Shown here: piece after piece, positions 44,089-54,917 of the stretch
Layout: each line of letters starts with the position of its first letter
How positions within the stretch are numbered: the stretch's first letter is position 1
From: Krischvirus LF73P4
DNA: 64,000 bases
Direction: 5' to 3' (one strand)
Sequence record: OZ035795.1
Notes under the pieces: generated by a model
The model's input: the letters and a program-made list of their open reading frames with translations, nothing else
Told to the model about the DNA's origin: nothing
The model's database searches: none
Program-made: the position numbers and the translations under genes

Positions 44089-44096
44089 TATTTATC
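44089..44096 (-). promoter_or_regulatory. possible late promoter variant GATAAATA for gene 4
   Basis: 7/8 match on - strand, 31 nt upstream of gp4 ATG. Confidence 0.3.
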
Positions 44097-44112
44097 AATT
44101 GAGGGTGCTAAA

Positions 44113-44667
44113 ATGCTCTTTTCTTTCTTCCCTGCCATTGAATACAATGGCAAGATGATTACTGACATTGTGCGCAATTACCGCGCATATTTCAACGCAA
44201 TAATTTCTGATTATAACATACAAACATATTACATTCAAGGTAGTCCACGACCGGAACAAGTTGCATATGAAGTATACGGAAACCAGCAACTTTATTGGAT
44301 CTTGCTGATGCTTAATGACGTATACGATCCGTTTCATGACTGGATCACTGATCAAGAGACAGCATATGAATCAGCCGAACAGCGATATGCAAATGTAGGA
44401 GGAAATCAAGTATTATACCACGTTGATATTGACGGAAACAAGTATTGGAATCTTACCGAATATCCGAAAGGATCAAGCAATTGGTATGATAAAGGGGATA
44501 TTCATCACCGTTATTTGCAGTTTCAGGGTGCATTATCGGCAGTAGACACACTGGAAGATGCGATCCTCCGTAATGAGGAACGACGCAAGATCAAGATCAT
44601 AGATCCTACACAAATTAAACAATTTATTAACGCATTCATTCGAGAAATGGAAAAGGCTGATGTGTAA
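44113..44667 (+). CDS. 53: baseplate wedge protein gp53
   Basis: 184 aa; first gene of late operon, upstream of gp5. Confidence 0.7.
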   Translation: MLFSFFPAIEYNGKMITDIVRNYRAYFNAIISDYNIQTYYIQGSPRPEQVAYEVYGNQQLYWILLMLNDVYDPFHDWITDQETAYESAEQRYANVGGNQVLYHVDIDGNKYWNLTEYPKGSSNWYDKGDIHHRYLQFQGALSAVDTLEDAILRNEERRKIKIIDPTQIKQFINAFIREMEKADV

Positions 44668-44678
44668 GGTGATTAATT

Positions 44679-46478
44679 ATGCTAATGTTTAATAACTCCG
44701 TTAAATGGTTTACCGGAATTGTAGAAAACAGGGAAGATCCATTAATGTTAGGCCGAGTTCAGGTTAGGATTCATGGTATACATCCCTCGCTATCCGCACA
44801 CGGTGACATTCAAGGTCTTCCAACCGAAGATCTACTATGGATTACGCCAGTACAAGATATTACAAGCGCGGCGATCTCCGGTATAGGTCAAAGCCCTACT
44901 GGTATTGTTGAAGGTTCAATGGTATTTGGTTTGGCTTTAGATGAACGTTATTTAAACTGCGTTATTCTTGGTACTATTGCCGGACAATATACAGAGAAAC
45001 CACTCACTACAGAAGGTTTTTGCGACCCTTCTGGTGCATATCCTCGTTATATTGGTAATGATGTTAATATTCTTGCTCGTGGCGGTATTAACCCAGAAAC
45101 CGGGCAAACAACAAAACCTGATAGTGTCTATATTCGAGATGAAAACACTGGAGTTGCAGTAAATCCAGACGACGAGCCATTAGATCAAATTCCGGTTGAT
45201 GATAATCCTGATTTTACAATAGAAAAAATGCTGCGTGGCGATGAGGGGTATCGCGAGAAATGGTATCTTGATTCAGAAGGATATCCGACAATAGGCATCG
45301 GGCATCTGATCATTTATAAGAAAACCAGTGATCTTGGTATTATCAATAATGAACTTTCTAAGCTGGTAGGGCGTGAAGTTACAAACGGAAGACTTACTGC
45401 CGAAGAAGTTAGTAAAGTATTTGCTGACGATATAGAAAAGACTCGTCGTGATATGCGCAAACATCCACGAATTGCACCTGTCTATAATAAATGTAATGCC
45501 TCACGTCGTATGGCATTAGAAAATATGGCGTTTCAAATGGGTGTTGGTGGATTGGGTAAATTTAAGAATAGTCTTGCTGCGATGTTAGCGGAAGAATGGA
45601 AACAAGCCTATGATGGATTACGTCAATCTGTATGGGCTAACCAAACTCCAGGACGATCCAGCCGTGTTTCTAAAATTATTTTAACTGGTAACTTAGAATC
45701 ATATGGCGTAATTGCTCCAAAGAAAGAGGAATCAATTTCGGATGATCCGCGAGCACGTTTAAGAAATGCCCGTATTGCTGCCTATAAGACGCAGAGAGCA
45801 GAAGAAGACCCAGAAGCACCGTTTACCCCACAAGACACACGAATCATGTTTAAAGAGCCTAAGAGTTCGTATTCTGCAAGGTATCCTTATAACCATGTGT
45901 ACGAGTCAGAGAGCGGTCATATTATCGAGATTGATGATACTCCTTCTCATGAGCGATATCATCGTAAACATCCTTCTGGTACATTTGAAGAAACCAGACC
46001 GGACGGAACGAGGGTAGAAAAGATTGAAGGTGATGACTATTTGATCGTTAAGCAAGGCCGCAAAGTCAACGTTAAAGGCAATCTGCAAGTTGTTGTTGAA
46101 GGTGACGCGCAAGTTTATTATATGGGTAATGTAATGCAAACCGTTGATGGTAACGTCACGGAATTTATTCGTGGCAATGTTAATCAGACCGTTGAGGGTA
46201 CAGCTAATATGCATGTTGTAGGTGATGTTACCGCACAGCTTGACGCTAATTTGACGGCTAACGTCAAGGGTAATGCTGAATTAATGATCGAGGGTAACAC
46301 TACCGAAACAATTAAAGGTAACTATGATTTAACCGTTGAGGGTAATTTTAATATGACCGTCAATGGCACTAAATCAGATCAGGTTAATGGTGACTGGTCC
46401 CGTAATTGTGGTGCAAGCGTTAAAGATATTGCATCTGGTACAGTTAAAATTGATGGTAGCCGTATTGATCTTGGGTGA
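44679..46478 (+). CDS. 5: baseplate hub / tail lysozyme gp5
   Basis: 599 aa; lysozyme motif EGYPTIGIGHL; C-terminal VxGxxxxT beta-helix repeats. Confidence 0.9.
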   Translation: MLMFNNSVKWFTGIVENREDPLMLGRVQVRIHGIHPSLSAHGDIQGLPTEDLLWITPVQDITSAAISGIGQSPTGIVEGSMVFGLALDERYLNCVILGTIAGQYTEKPLTTEGFCDPSGAYPRYIGNDVNILARGGINPETGQTTKPDSVYIRDENTGVAVNPDDEPLDQIPVDDNPDFTIEKMLRGDEGYREKWYLDSEGYPTIGIGHLIIYKKTSDLGIINNELSKLVGREVTNGRLTAEEVSKVFADDIEKTRRDMRKHPRIAPVYNKCNASRRMALENMAFQMGVGGLGKFKNSLAAMLAEEWKQAYDGLRQSVWANQTPGRSSRVSKIILTGNLESYGVIAPKKEESISDDPRARLRNARIAAYKTQRAEEDPEAPFTPQDTRIMFKEPKSSYSARYPYNHVYESESGHIIEIDDTPSHERYHRKHPSGTFEETRPDGTRVEKIEGDDYLIVKQGRKVNVKGNLQVVVEGDAQVYYMGNVMQTVDGNVTEFIRGNVNQTVEGTANMHVVGDVTAQLDANLTANVKGNAELMIEGNTTETIKGNYDLTVEGNFNMTVNGTKSDQVNGDWSRNCGASVKDIASGTVKIDGSRIDLG

Positions 46479-46486
46479 GGTAACTA

Positions 46487-47053
46487 ATGGTTGAAATTCT
46501 TCCGATGAGTTCAAAATTGGAGGATATCAGCGAGCGAGAAATCTTTGAGGTGGTGTTCTCTTATAAAGCAACGCCACCGGATGCAAATACCACATACACG
46601 ATTAAAGAGTTTAAGATCAGCGAGTATCGCCCTAATAAGGGCGTTACCGTTGAAGAAACTAAAATATCTGGTGAGTATCGGGATAGTTTTTCGCTTGGCG
46701 CGGATTCTCTTAAATATATAACGAAAGATAGAATTAAAAAATCTGCCGGAAGTTTTGATGATTTACCAGATCCAACTACCGCAGATCTATATTATTTTAA
46801 CGCTCCTACACGTCTACAGGAGGTTTATACTTATAAAGTAACCCTAACCTATATCCAATCTGTTTCAGAGTCTTCTGGTGGTTCTGATGAAGGAAATAGT
46901 GGTGGTTCCAATAGCCGAGAGGGTGCTGGTGAAACTAATCCGCCTCCGGTAGTAACCGAGCACACAATAGAGAAAGTTTATACTCAAACCGTTTTTGGAA
47001 ATTGGGATGTGTGGGCGCAGCAACTAAGAGATTATGTACATAGGGGTGTTTAA
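46487..47053 (+). CDS. hypothetical protein (position of T4 5.1)
   Basis: 188-aa ORF between gp5 and PAAR protein. Confidence 0.5.
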   Translation: MVEILPMSSKLEDISEREIFEVVFSYKATPPDANTTYTIKEFKISEYRPNKGVTVEETKISGEYRDSFSLGADSLKYITKDRIKKSAGSFDDLPDPTTADLYYFNAPTRLQEVYTYKVTLTYIQSVSESSGGSDEGNSGGSNSREGAGETNPPPVVTEHTIEKVYTQTVFGNWDVWAQQLRDYVHRGV

Positions 47054-47346
47054 TGGCTGGATTATCCTACGATAAAGCTAAAACTACAGGGCACGGAAAC
47101 TACCCACCTACGGTAATTAATGCAACTCAATCTAAGGTATTTGTTGAGGGTATCCCTGTATTAGTCGAAGGAGACCCAATTACACCACATACAAAAACAA
47201 CAAAGCCTTATGATACACACGGGGGAACTACGGTCGCCAGTACCCCGAAAGTATTTGTTACCGGAAAGAAAGCAATTCAAATGGCAGATCGTATTAGCTG
47301 TGGCGATACCGTCGCTATGGCATCACCGAAGGTATTCATAAAATGA
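47053..47346 (+). CDS. 5.4: PAAR-type spike tip protein gp5.4
   Basis: 97 aa, same size and position as T4 gp5.4. Confidence 0.7.
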   Translation: MAGLSYDKAKTTGHGNYPPTVINATQSKVFVEGIPVLVEGDPITPHTKTTKPYDTHGGTTVASTPKVFVTGKKAIQMADRISCGDTVAMASPKVFIK

Positions 47347-49247
47347 CAAAGCAAAAGATTACACAAATTCCTGATATTTTTAATGCTGCTACGTTTGATG
47401 AAATTAAAAGCGCATTAACAGACTGGATGAGAAACCAGGAAGAATTTAAAGATTTTGATTTTAATGGTGCTGGCATTAACGTATTGATGGACTTGCTCGC
47501 ATATAACACTCTGTATATTCAGCAATTCGCTAACGCCGCGCTATATGAATCTTTTATCAGAACGGCAATTAAGCGTAGTTCAGTTGTTCAAGCCGCGCAA
47601 GATTTAGGATATTTGCCAGCAAGTAAAACTAGTGCATCGACCACAATTATGTTGCACGTATCACATCCGCGAAATCCGGCAAGTATTCGAATCCCACGAG
47701 GAACTAAATTTATTGCAAGTGTGGATCGCCAGACTTCTTACCCATTTGTTACTACAGAGGACGTCGTAAGCGTTTTAGGTTCAAATGGTTTATATACGCC
47801 TATGCTTAAAGTCGCACAAGGTCGTATTGTTCGTACAGAAATGTTATTTGATCCGAAGAAACAAATTCTGATCCGTGATCCTGATATTGACCGCGCTCAG
47901 GTTAAGTTGTGGGTAGATGGTGCTGAATGGAAAGACTGGACGCGAGAAAGTATTGTTAATGCAACTGGCGCTAGTAATATTTTCTATATGCGTGAAACCG
48001 TAGACGGACATACTGAAATTTTCTTTGGTGAGGGTGAATCAACTTTATCTGCCGCTGGCGGTGCACTGGAAGCAAATTATATTGGTGGACTTAAGCCGTC
48101 AACTGGTGCTAATATTGTTATCGAATATATCAGCACTAAAGGCGCGGAAGCAAACGGTTCAGTTAATTTCACATACGCGGATACATTGGCATCAATTTCT
48201 ATTGTTAAAATTATTGAGAATCCGACAAATGATCGTGATTATGTCGGTGCAGATGGTGGTGGTGATCCTGAATCAATCGAACGTATCCGTGAACTTGCTC
48301 CGGTAATGCGTGAATCTCAGCGTCGTTGTGTGACTGCTTCCGACTATGAGGCTTTTGTGTCTAGCCGTTTTGGTAGTATTGTTCAGGCGGTACAATGTTT
48401 CACCGACCGAGAAAAACCGGGTTATGCTTTTGTTGCTGTTAAGCCTAAATCTGGCTTGCGCTTGACAACCGTTCAAAAAGAAGATATGCGGGATTATCTG
48501 GCAAAATATAACCTTGCCCCTATCACGCCGAGCATCATTGACCCTAACTATCTGTATATTAAACAGAATATTAAAGTTTCCTATTCAATCAACGACTTGT
48601 CAGAATCAGAGCAGTGGTTGCGCGGTGCGGTTATTGATCAGATTGATGCATATTATACCGACGAAGTGGAAATTTTTAACCAGACATTTAGTAAGTCTAA
48701 AATGCTTGCTCGTATTGACAAAGCTGATGTATCTGTGATAGGTTCTAGTGCAGAAATCGAGATGGTGCGAGAGATCGACAACTTCTATAAAGCACCGATG
48801 GCGGGAATCAAGTTTTTAAACCAGTATAAGAGCGGAATCAAGTCTAGTTCATTCAACTTCGAAAAGGACGACAAGCAATATCCGATCCATTATGTAAGTA
48901 CAGAAATGAACAAAGAATCCGGTTTAGCTAAATTGCTGGTTGGACCTTTCCCTGTTGATTCTACAATCGCTTTACCGCACTATTCCGGCACTGATTTTGA
49001 TAAAGAGATTATCGACGGTGCGGACCTATACTTTGAGGTTGGAGAGGTTCAGCATTATGAAGACCTTATTTCATGGGATCTGGGTAAACTGAATATCAAT
49101 AGCGATCGCTTTACTGGTTCATATATTGAGTTGACAGCTAAACCGATTGCTGATAACATTTTTACTAAAGACGGTTCTTTGATCGTGTTTGAAAACGATC
49201 TCCGTCCTCAGTACACAACTATTAGTCTGGAGGCAATTGCTCAATGA
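47343..49247 (+). CDS. 6: baseplate wedge protein gp6
   Basis: 634 aa; size and order match T4. Confidence 0.8.
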   Translation: MTKQKITQIPDIFNAATFDEIKSALTDWMRNQEEFKDFDFNGAGINVLMDLLAYNTLYIQQFANAALYESFIRTAIKRSSVVQAAQDLGYLPASKTSASTTIMLHVSHPRNPASIRIPRGTKFIASVDRQTSYPFVTTEDVVSVLGSNGLYTPMLKVAQGRIVRTEMLFDPKKQILIRDPDIDRAQVKLWVDGAEWKDWTRESIVNATGASNIFYMRETVDGHTEIFFGEGESTLSAAGGALEANYIGGLKPSTGANIVIEYISTKGAEANGSVNFTYADTLASISIVKIIENPTNDRDYVGADGGGDPESIERIRELAPVMRESQRRCVTASDYEAFVSSRFGSIVQAVQCFTDREKPGYAFVAVKPKSGLRLTTVQKEDMRDYLAKYNLAPITPSIIDPNYLYIKQNIKVSYSINDLSESEQWLRGAVIDQIDAYYTDEVEIFNQTFSKSKMLARIDKADVSVIGSSAEIEMVREIDNFYKAPMAGIKFLNQYKSGIKSSSFNFEKDDKQYPIHYVSTEMNKESGLAKLLVGPFPVDSTIALPHYSGTDFDKEIIDGADLYFEVGEVQHYEDLISWDLGKLNINSDRFTGSYIELTAKPIADNIFTKDGSLIVFENDLRPQYTTISLEAIAQ

Positions 49248-52200
49248 TTAAAGCGCCTAGTGTAACTAGCTTGACAATAGAAAAATTGTCTGCTAATCAG
49301 GCGTATATCACATGGGATGACGTAGGCGAAAACTTCTTTTATTTTGTGGAGTTAGCCGAAACCAGAACACGAGACGGGGAGATCATCCCCGTCGATGAGT
49401 TAAGCTGGGTAAACCTGGGATATACTGCCGACCAAAACTGGTTTGAGGATAAAAACCTTTTTCCAGAATATTATTACAAGTTTCGTGTAGCAGTAGCCGC
49501 AGAAGGATTTGAACAAAGTAAATGGGTTGAAACAGAAGAGTTTCAGACATTTAAAACAAACGCATATAATTTTTCTATGATGCGAGAGTTCAACCTTGCA
49601 AACGAGTTTATAAAGGAAAAATTTACATACGATAATCGAGAGTATGTCAAGTTTAATACTGACCTGATTCAAGCATCATTAATGAAGGAAGATTTTGTCT
49701 TTAGTCCTGAATATGCAAACATGACAAATATCTCAAACTACATTGTAGTGGATGAGAACTTTCATGAAATACAGGATCACATAGAAAAAGTTTGTACTGA
49801 TATAAACCGCACTATGTTAGCGGAAATGAACGGTGTTTTGTACCTTTTCGAACGGTTCCAGCCGATCGTGAAAGTGTCAAATGATAAAGGCCAATCATGG
49901 AAAGCATACAAGGCTTTTAATGACCGTGTAGGGAATCCGGTTTCCCGTACATGCGTTTATCAGTCTAAAACCACTACTTACGTTTTAGGATATGACCGAA
50001 TCTTTTACGGACGACAAGCGAGCGATACTCGATGGAGCGCGGACGATGTTCGATTTAGTGATGATACGATCACTTTTGCAAAGGTCGGTGACGAAAACGA
50101 TTTAGGCTTTGACGTTGAGGTCTTTGGTGTATTTTCCAGATTAACAGGTGATACCACAAAATACGCCGAAGCTATGGCGTGTAGTGATGACTATTTGTGG
50201 GTTGGTGCTAAAGATGTTATTCGCAGGATTCGTCTTAAGAATACTCCTGTTGATACCGTACAGGGTTCGCCTACGTTTGGAGAAAAAATATTCGATCCTG
50301 ATGTTATCCGAGTAACAGGAAATGATAAAGCTGTCATTCAGAAAATGGATGTGATCGACGGTAAATTGCTTGTATTTGTTACGGGTGAAGTTAAACAGCG
50401 TTATCAAGATCCAACTAAACCAGAAAACGTTGTTCCGTCAGATGATGCGGGTGTATACTTAATAGGGAGTGATGGTCTGTCTTTTCAGAGAGTATTTGGC
50501 AACACTCCGCAGGAAAGGGAATATATTCAGCATGGGTTCAGTAATATGTCAACCAATGGTGATGAGGTGTTCATAAGCCATTATAATCATCACTTCGAAA
50601 GCATTTTACCTGATCCAGAAACTGCCGAGAAATATGAATTGGGCGAAGCTGTAAAATATTCTCAGGAGCCAACTTATCTAACTGATAAGAAAATACATCA
50701 AACTACTTTCAGAGCAAGTTATGATGATTTGCGTATTTGGGAGTTAGGACCGCAAGCGTATTATAACGAGGCTGATTATACATGGATGCGTCGAAACGGT
50801 GTCCGTGTGTGGATCACAAATGATAATCGCCCGTTGGTTGTTTATCCAGAAGTTGTCTATACGCAGGAAGTTGATACTTCCGGCATTCTTGATAAAAACA
50901 GAATTAACCGTGAAGTTTATGATAAAGGGACCGTGACCTGTTATCTTAACAATGTTAAATTTGAAGGATTCAAACAATATGCATCCGGTGTAATGTTCCA
51001 TAAAAACACGGGAGAGATCATAGGATTCTATCAATTTAACTATCGCGTTCGTGATCAGGTTGGTGTATATTGGAAACCTACAAATGTAGCATTTGTTGCT
51101 GAATTGCAAAATCAGGTTCGAGAGGTTCCCTGGGTTCCGGTTCACTACGATCGAGAACAAGACCCAGATTTGCGACCTTTACTGAATAAGATGACACCGG
51201 ATAGCTTTTTACTTGAGAACGAAAATTTCAGAAAATTCTCTGAATATTATCTGCAATTCTTAAGTGATGGTTCTGGAACATATTATAATAAACTAAAAAA
51301 TCTGATTAAAAACAAATATCCACGCGAGCAAGATGCATATGAGTATCTTTGGTCAGAGATGAACAAACGAAACATCTATGCAGATAAAAACAAGCGAGAT
51401 GCGGTCGTAAGATTCTTTGAATCCCGCAAATCAGATTTTTATTCCACTAAGGGCGTGGAGGCTTCTTATAAGTTCTTGTTTAAGTTACTTTATAATGAAG
51501 ATGTGGAAATTGAGGTTGAATCACAAGCCGGACTAGAGTATGATATTGTTGTTAGTTCAACGAACATTGACGAGGATATCGTAGGTCGCACGATTTATAC
51601 CCCGACCGGACGGGCTAACGTGACTTATCTTGAAAGGGAATATGAAGGTGGACGTCTACGCTGGCGAGTAACCATTCATAACCTGATCGGGCGGTTCGAA
51701 GAAGGTCAAGTGATCAAATCAGAGAAAACAGCGTTTGAAGGGATGATCCTTGTTGGTGTACGTGGTAAAGAGTTGCTGAGTAGTTCAATCGACTATATCA
51801 ACCGATCACGAAGCCAATACACCATGAAGATTAAAAGTGCATTGCCAGTTTCGCGCTATGCAAATGATGTAATGCGATTCGTTCATCCTGTCGGCTTTGG
51901 GTTTATCGGTGTTACCCTGCTTACGATGTTCATTAACAGCGGGTTGAGCATGAAGCACACCGAGACTATAATTCAATCTCTGAAAAATTATAAGTTTGAC
52001 AGCGGATTGCCTAGCGTGTATCCTGATCGGGTGGCAGACCTTGATGTTGATGGAAATATTAAGATTGACCCACTAACAGGGAAACCATTATACTTAACGT
52101 CACCGACAATTGGCGAAGAGTTCCCTGTTCCTCCTGAATATGATCAGGAGAACAGCGAATTGTTCCACGGACTTAAAGCAAGCGAACGAAGATTTGCAAT

Positions 52201-52330
52201 GAGTCCACTGTTTGACCAGTCGGCGGTAACATTCTCTATGTTCCGTGAACTTGTAGATAAAAGGTTGAAGGATAATATAGGGAATCCACGCGATCCGAAG
52301 AATCCGACACAGAGGAAAATTAATGGCTAA
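49244..52330 (+). CDS. 7: baseplate wedge initiator gp7
   Basis: 1028 aa; size and order match T4. Confidence 0.8.
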   Translation: MIKAPSVTSLTIEKLSANQAYITWDDVGENFFYFVELAETRTRDGEIIPVDELSWVNLGYTADQNWFEDKNLFPEYYYKFRVAVAAEGFEQSKWVETEEFQTFKTNAYNFSMMREFNLANEFIKEKFTYDNREYVKFNTDLIQASLMKEDFVFSPEYANMTNISNYIVVDENFHEIQDHIEKVCTDINRTMLAEMNGVLYLFERFQPIVKVSNDKGQSWKAYKAFNDRVGNPVSRTCVYQSKTTTYVLGYDRIFYGRQASDTRWSADDVRFSDDTITFAKVGDENDLGFDVEVFGVFSRLTGDTTKYAEAMACSDDYLWVGAKDVIRRIRLKNTPVDTVQGSPTFGEKIFDPDVIRVTGNDKAVIQKMDVIDGKLLVFVTGEVKQRYQDPTKPENVVPSDDAGVYLIGSDGLSFQRVFGNTPQEREYIQHGFSNMSTNGDEVFISHYNHHFESILPDPETAEKYELGEAVKYSQEPTYLTDKKIHQTTFRASYDDLRIWELGPQAYYNEADYTWMRRNGVRVWITNDNRPLVVYPEVVYTQEVDTSGILDKNRINREVYDKGTVTCYLNNVKFEGFKQYASGVMFHKNTGEIIGFYQFNYRVRDQVGVYWKPTNVAFVAELQNQVREVPWVPVHYDREQDPDLRPLLNKMTPDSFLLENENFRKFSEYYLQFLSDGSGTYYNKLKNLIKNKYPREQDAYEYLWSEMNKRNIYADKNKRDAVVRFFESRKSDFYSTKGVEASYKFLFKLLYNEDVEIEVESQAGLEYDIVVSSTNIDEDIVGRTIYTPTGRANVTYLEREYEGGRLRWRVTIHNLIGRFEEGQVIKSEKTAFEGMILVGVRGKELLSSSIDYINRSRSQYTMKIKSALPVSRYANDVMRFVHPVGFGFIGVTLLTMFINSGLSMKHTETIIQSLKNYKFDSGLPSVYPDRVADLDVDGNIKIDPLTGKPLYLTSPTIGEEFPVPPEYDQENSELFHGLKASERRFAMSPLFDQSAVTFSMFRELVDKRLKDNIGNPRDPKNPTQRKING

Positions 52331-53318
52331 TGAAAATAGTGTGATCTATCGCTCAATCATTACTAGCAAATTCAGAACAGAAAAACTTCTGAACTTCTAT
52401 AATTCTGTAGGCGATGGAGCAAATCAAATTACAATTTATGGAACGTTTGGACGTTCGGAGCCGTGGTCAGAAAACGAAAAAGAGGTGGGCTTTGCCCCAC
52501 CTTATCCGACCGATTCAACGGCTGGTGTTGTTGACATGTGGACCCATATGATGGGGGCGGTTAAGATTAACAAATCACTTCTTGATGCGGTTATCCCTCG
52601 TAAAGATTGGGGTGATACCGGACAGGATAACCCGCGCACGTTCTTTATCAATGACATTGTTGTCGTAAACTCAGCACCATATAACCGTACAGATGTTGGT
52701 AGCGGCTGGATGGTTTACCGTGTAACTGATGTTCCTGATCGCGGTTACTGCTCGATTTCAAGCATTGACGCTAAAGTAGAGTGTTTGAAGTTGGGCGGAA
52801 AGTGGACACCTACCCATGAATCAATTGCGCCACCTGTAGGAAAGGGCGATTCTATTGATATGGGTGATGGGTATCGTTGGGAATATCTGTACACAATTCC
52901 GCCTGATGCGGCGATCAACCGTTGCACCAATGAACATATTGTTGTACCGTTCCCCGATGAACTGCGACAAGATCCGGCGCGTTGGGGCTATGACAATGTG
53001 ATCACCTGGTATAATGACTATAATCTGCTTTATCGGCTGAAAGTAGTAACTTTGCGTTTTCAGGCTTATATGGACTCTGCGCAATTCCCAACTACCGCGT
53101 TAGTGGGTAATACTGGTTTCCGTCAGTTAAGCATTATCCTTAACCCATTGGAAAAGAAAGCACGCCCTAGCGATCCAGACGTTAAAGCGGTTAAATATAA
53201 GTACCGACCGCAAGACTTAGAGCCACACTCAGGAGAAATGATCTACATGGAAAACCGACAACCTATCGTTCGGTCATTAGATCAAACAGAACTTGTTTCT
53301 GTATTGTTTGAGTTCTAA
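52323..53318 (+). CDS. 8: baseplate wedge protein gp8
   Basis: 331 aa; size and order match T4. Confidence 0.8.
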   Translation: MANENSVIYRSIITSKFRTEKLLNFYNSVGDGANQITIYGTFGRSEPWSENEKEVGFAPPYPTDSTAGVVDMWTHMMGAVKINKSLLDAVIPRKDWGDTGQDNPRTFFINDIVVVNSAPYNRTDVGSGWMVYRVTDVPDRGYCSISSIDAKVECLKLGGKWTPTHESIAPPVGKGDSIDMGDGYRWEYLYTIPPDAAINRCTNEHIVVPFPDELRQDPARWGYDNVITWYNDYNLLYRLKVVTLRFQAYMDSAQFPTTALVGNTGFRQLSIILNPLEKKARPSDPDVKAVKYKYRPQDLEPHSGEMIYMENRQPIVRSLDQTELVSVLFEF

Positions 53319-53331
53319 GTGTATGATTTTA

Positions 53332-53366
53332 AAAGCCAATTCGAGAGAGTTGGCTTTTTCCATTTT
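53332..53366 (+). terminator. rho-independent terminator after gene 8
   Basis: AAAGCCAA / TTGGCTTT hairpin followed by TTTTT. Confidence 0.55.
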
Positions 53367-53371
53367 TGGTG

Positions 53372-53399
53372 TTGACAATATTATTTGGTAAGGTATAAT
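53372..53399 (+). promoter_or_regulatory. near-consensus sigma70-type promoter TTGACA-16-TATAAT
   Basis: -35 at 53372-53377, -10 at 53394-53399, 30 nt upstream of ATG 53429. Confidence 0.55.
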
Positions 53400-53428
53400 G
53401 CTCACATCTAAACAACGGAGGATAAATT

Positions 53429-53686
53429 ATGGCACGTCGTAAATTTACAGATAATTGTGAAGCAATTCAGGTATCCCCTTGCGGTTGGTATGTGATCGCG
53501 AACGGTGAAAAGATCGGAGAGATCATCGATCATACTCATTCATCACTAGCCGATTACACCGATGAACTATGGGAGGGTATCAACTTCATGAATGACACTA
53601 AACGATTCAAGACTATCGACGAAGCTATCTATTTTGTGTATAATCCAACTTTCGGTATGTGGGGAACTAGAAAATGGCACGCGTAA
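53429..53686 (+). CDS. hypothetical protein (cassette gene 1)
   Basis: 85 aa; GGAGGA 6 nt upstream. Confidence 0.5.
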   Translation: MARRKFTDNCEAIQVSPCGWYVIANGEKIGEIIDHTHSSLADYTDELWEGINFMNDTKRFKTIDEAIYFVYNPTFGMWGTRKWHA

Positions 53687-54003
53687 ATATTAAACTGCAT
53701 TATACAATGGGTAAACCAAAACATCCAATGCATAAAGTGTTTTGGGGCTTGCATCTTCAAGAAAAATGGCATGATAACTATTGGTTTTGTGACCATGATA
53801 AGAAGTGGCATTCTCAAGATGAAGTTAATGCGATGATGGAACATGGTATAAAATTTAATTACTCTAATTATGACCATAGCATTACTTGTATTCGAAAATT
53901 GAAACGGTTTATTCGAAAGAATCCGCAATTTAAAAACTTTGTGTTCTTTATGTCTCATGTTTATTTGGGGCATAGCGTTACCGTAACAGCAAAGGTTAAA
54001 TAA
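53674..54003 (+). CDS. hypothetical His/Trp-rich protein (cassette gene 2)
   Basis: 109 aa; start overlaps upstream ORF. Confidence 0.5.
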   Translation: MARVNIKLHYTMGKPKHPMHKVFWGLHLQEKWHDNYWFCDHDKKWHSQDEVNAMMEHGIKFNYSNYDHSITCIRKLKRFIRKNPQFKNFVFFMSHVYLGHSVTVTAKVK

Positions 54004-54842
54004 TGGCACGACTTTCTAAACAAGAGCAAAAATTACACGATCGGGCGATGGAGCTAATCAATTCAGATCGCCCATTGACCTATGAAGAAAAAGAATTTTG
54101 CTATAACAACTATCATGGCGATGGGCTAGGTGGTTCCGGTGCATTCTTTACCCCAGAAGGGCTTGCCTGGGATTTTACCATTGATGCACACTGCACCGGA
54201 AAAGTATTGGACCTTTGTGCTGGGATCGGTCGTTTATCTTTTTGTATGTTGCATCGCTGTAAGCCAGAAAAGATCGTATGCGTCGAACTCAATCCAGAAT
54301 TTGCGAGGATTGGCAAGCGACTATTACCGGAGGCAGAATGGATCACCAGCGATGTATTCGAATTTGAGTCAAACGAGAAATTCGATGTTGTAATTAGCAA
54401 TCCACCTTTCGGGAAAATCAATACAACCGACACAAAGGATGTATTTGAGTACACTGGCGGCGAATTTGAATTTAAGGTTATGACATTAGGCCAGAAGTTT
54501 GCCGATGTAGGTTATTTTATTGTTCCTACTGGTTCCGCTGGTTTTGCCTATTCCGGTAGACCTTATTATGATGGATCAGTGAAGTCTAATAAATATCTAA
54601 AATGGAGCAAACAAACTGGTTTGGTGACTTATGCCGGATGTGGGATCGATACATCAATCTATCGCGATGAATGGCACAGTACCAACGTTTTAACAGAAGT
54701 GGTTGAGGTTCGGTATTACGAGAAAGAAGCCGTAGAAGCGCCTAAATCGCGTCCTAACGAACAAATAGAAGAAAGTAAGGAGATTACCTTACCGGAACAA
54801 GAAACAGCGTCTGGGACGCTCTCAGACTTGTTTGACATTTAA
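54003..54842 (+). CDS. gamma-class N6-adenine-type DNA methyltransferase (cassette gene 3)
   Basis: 279 aa; motif X GAFFTPEGLA, motif I VLDLCAGIGRL, motif IV VISNPPFG. Confidence 0.75.
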   Translation: MARLSKQEQKLHDRAMELINSDRPLTYEEKEFCYNNYHGDGLGGSGAFFTPEGLAWDFTIDAHCTGKVLDLCAGIGRLSFCMLHRCKPEKIVCVELNPEFARIGKRLLPEAEWITSDVFEFESNEKFDVVISNPPFGKINTTDTKDVFEYTGGEFEFKVMTLGQKFADVGYFIVPTGSAGFAYSGRPYYDGSVKSNKYLKWSKQTGLVTYAGCGIDTSIYRDEWHSTNVLTEVVEVRYYEKEAVEAPKSRPNEQIEESKEITLPEQETASGTLSDLFDI

Positions 54843-54846
54843 TTAT

Positions 54847-54872
54847 AAGCCGTCCTCCTGGGCGGCTTTTTT
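54847..54872 (+). terminator. rho-independent terminator after methyltransferase
   Basis: AAGCCG...CGGCTT hairpin followed by TTTTTT. Confidence 0.6.
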
Positions 54873-54882
54873 GTATGTATTT

Positions 54883-54890
54883 TATAAATA
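54883..54890 (+). promoter_or_regulatory. T4-type late promoter box TATAAATA for gene 9
   Basis: Exact TATAAATA, 27 nt upstream of ATG 54918. Confidence 0.6.
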
Positions 54891-54917
54891 ATACATCATA
54901 ACATGAGGAATTAAACA

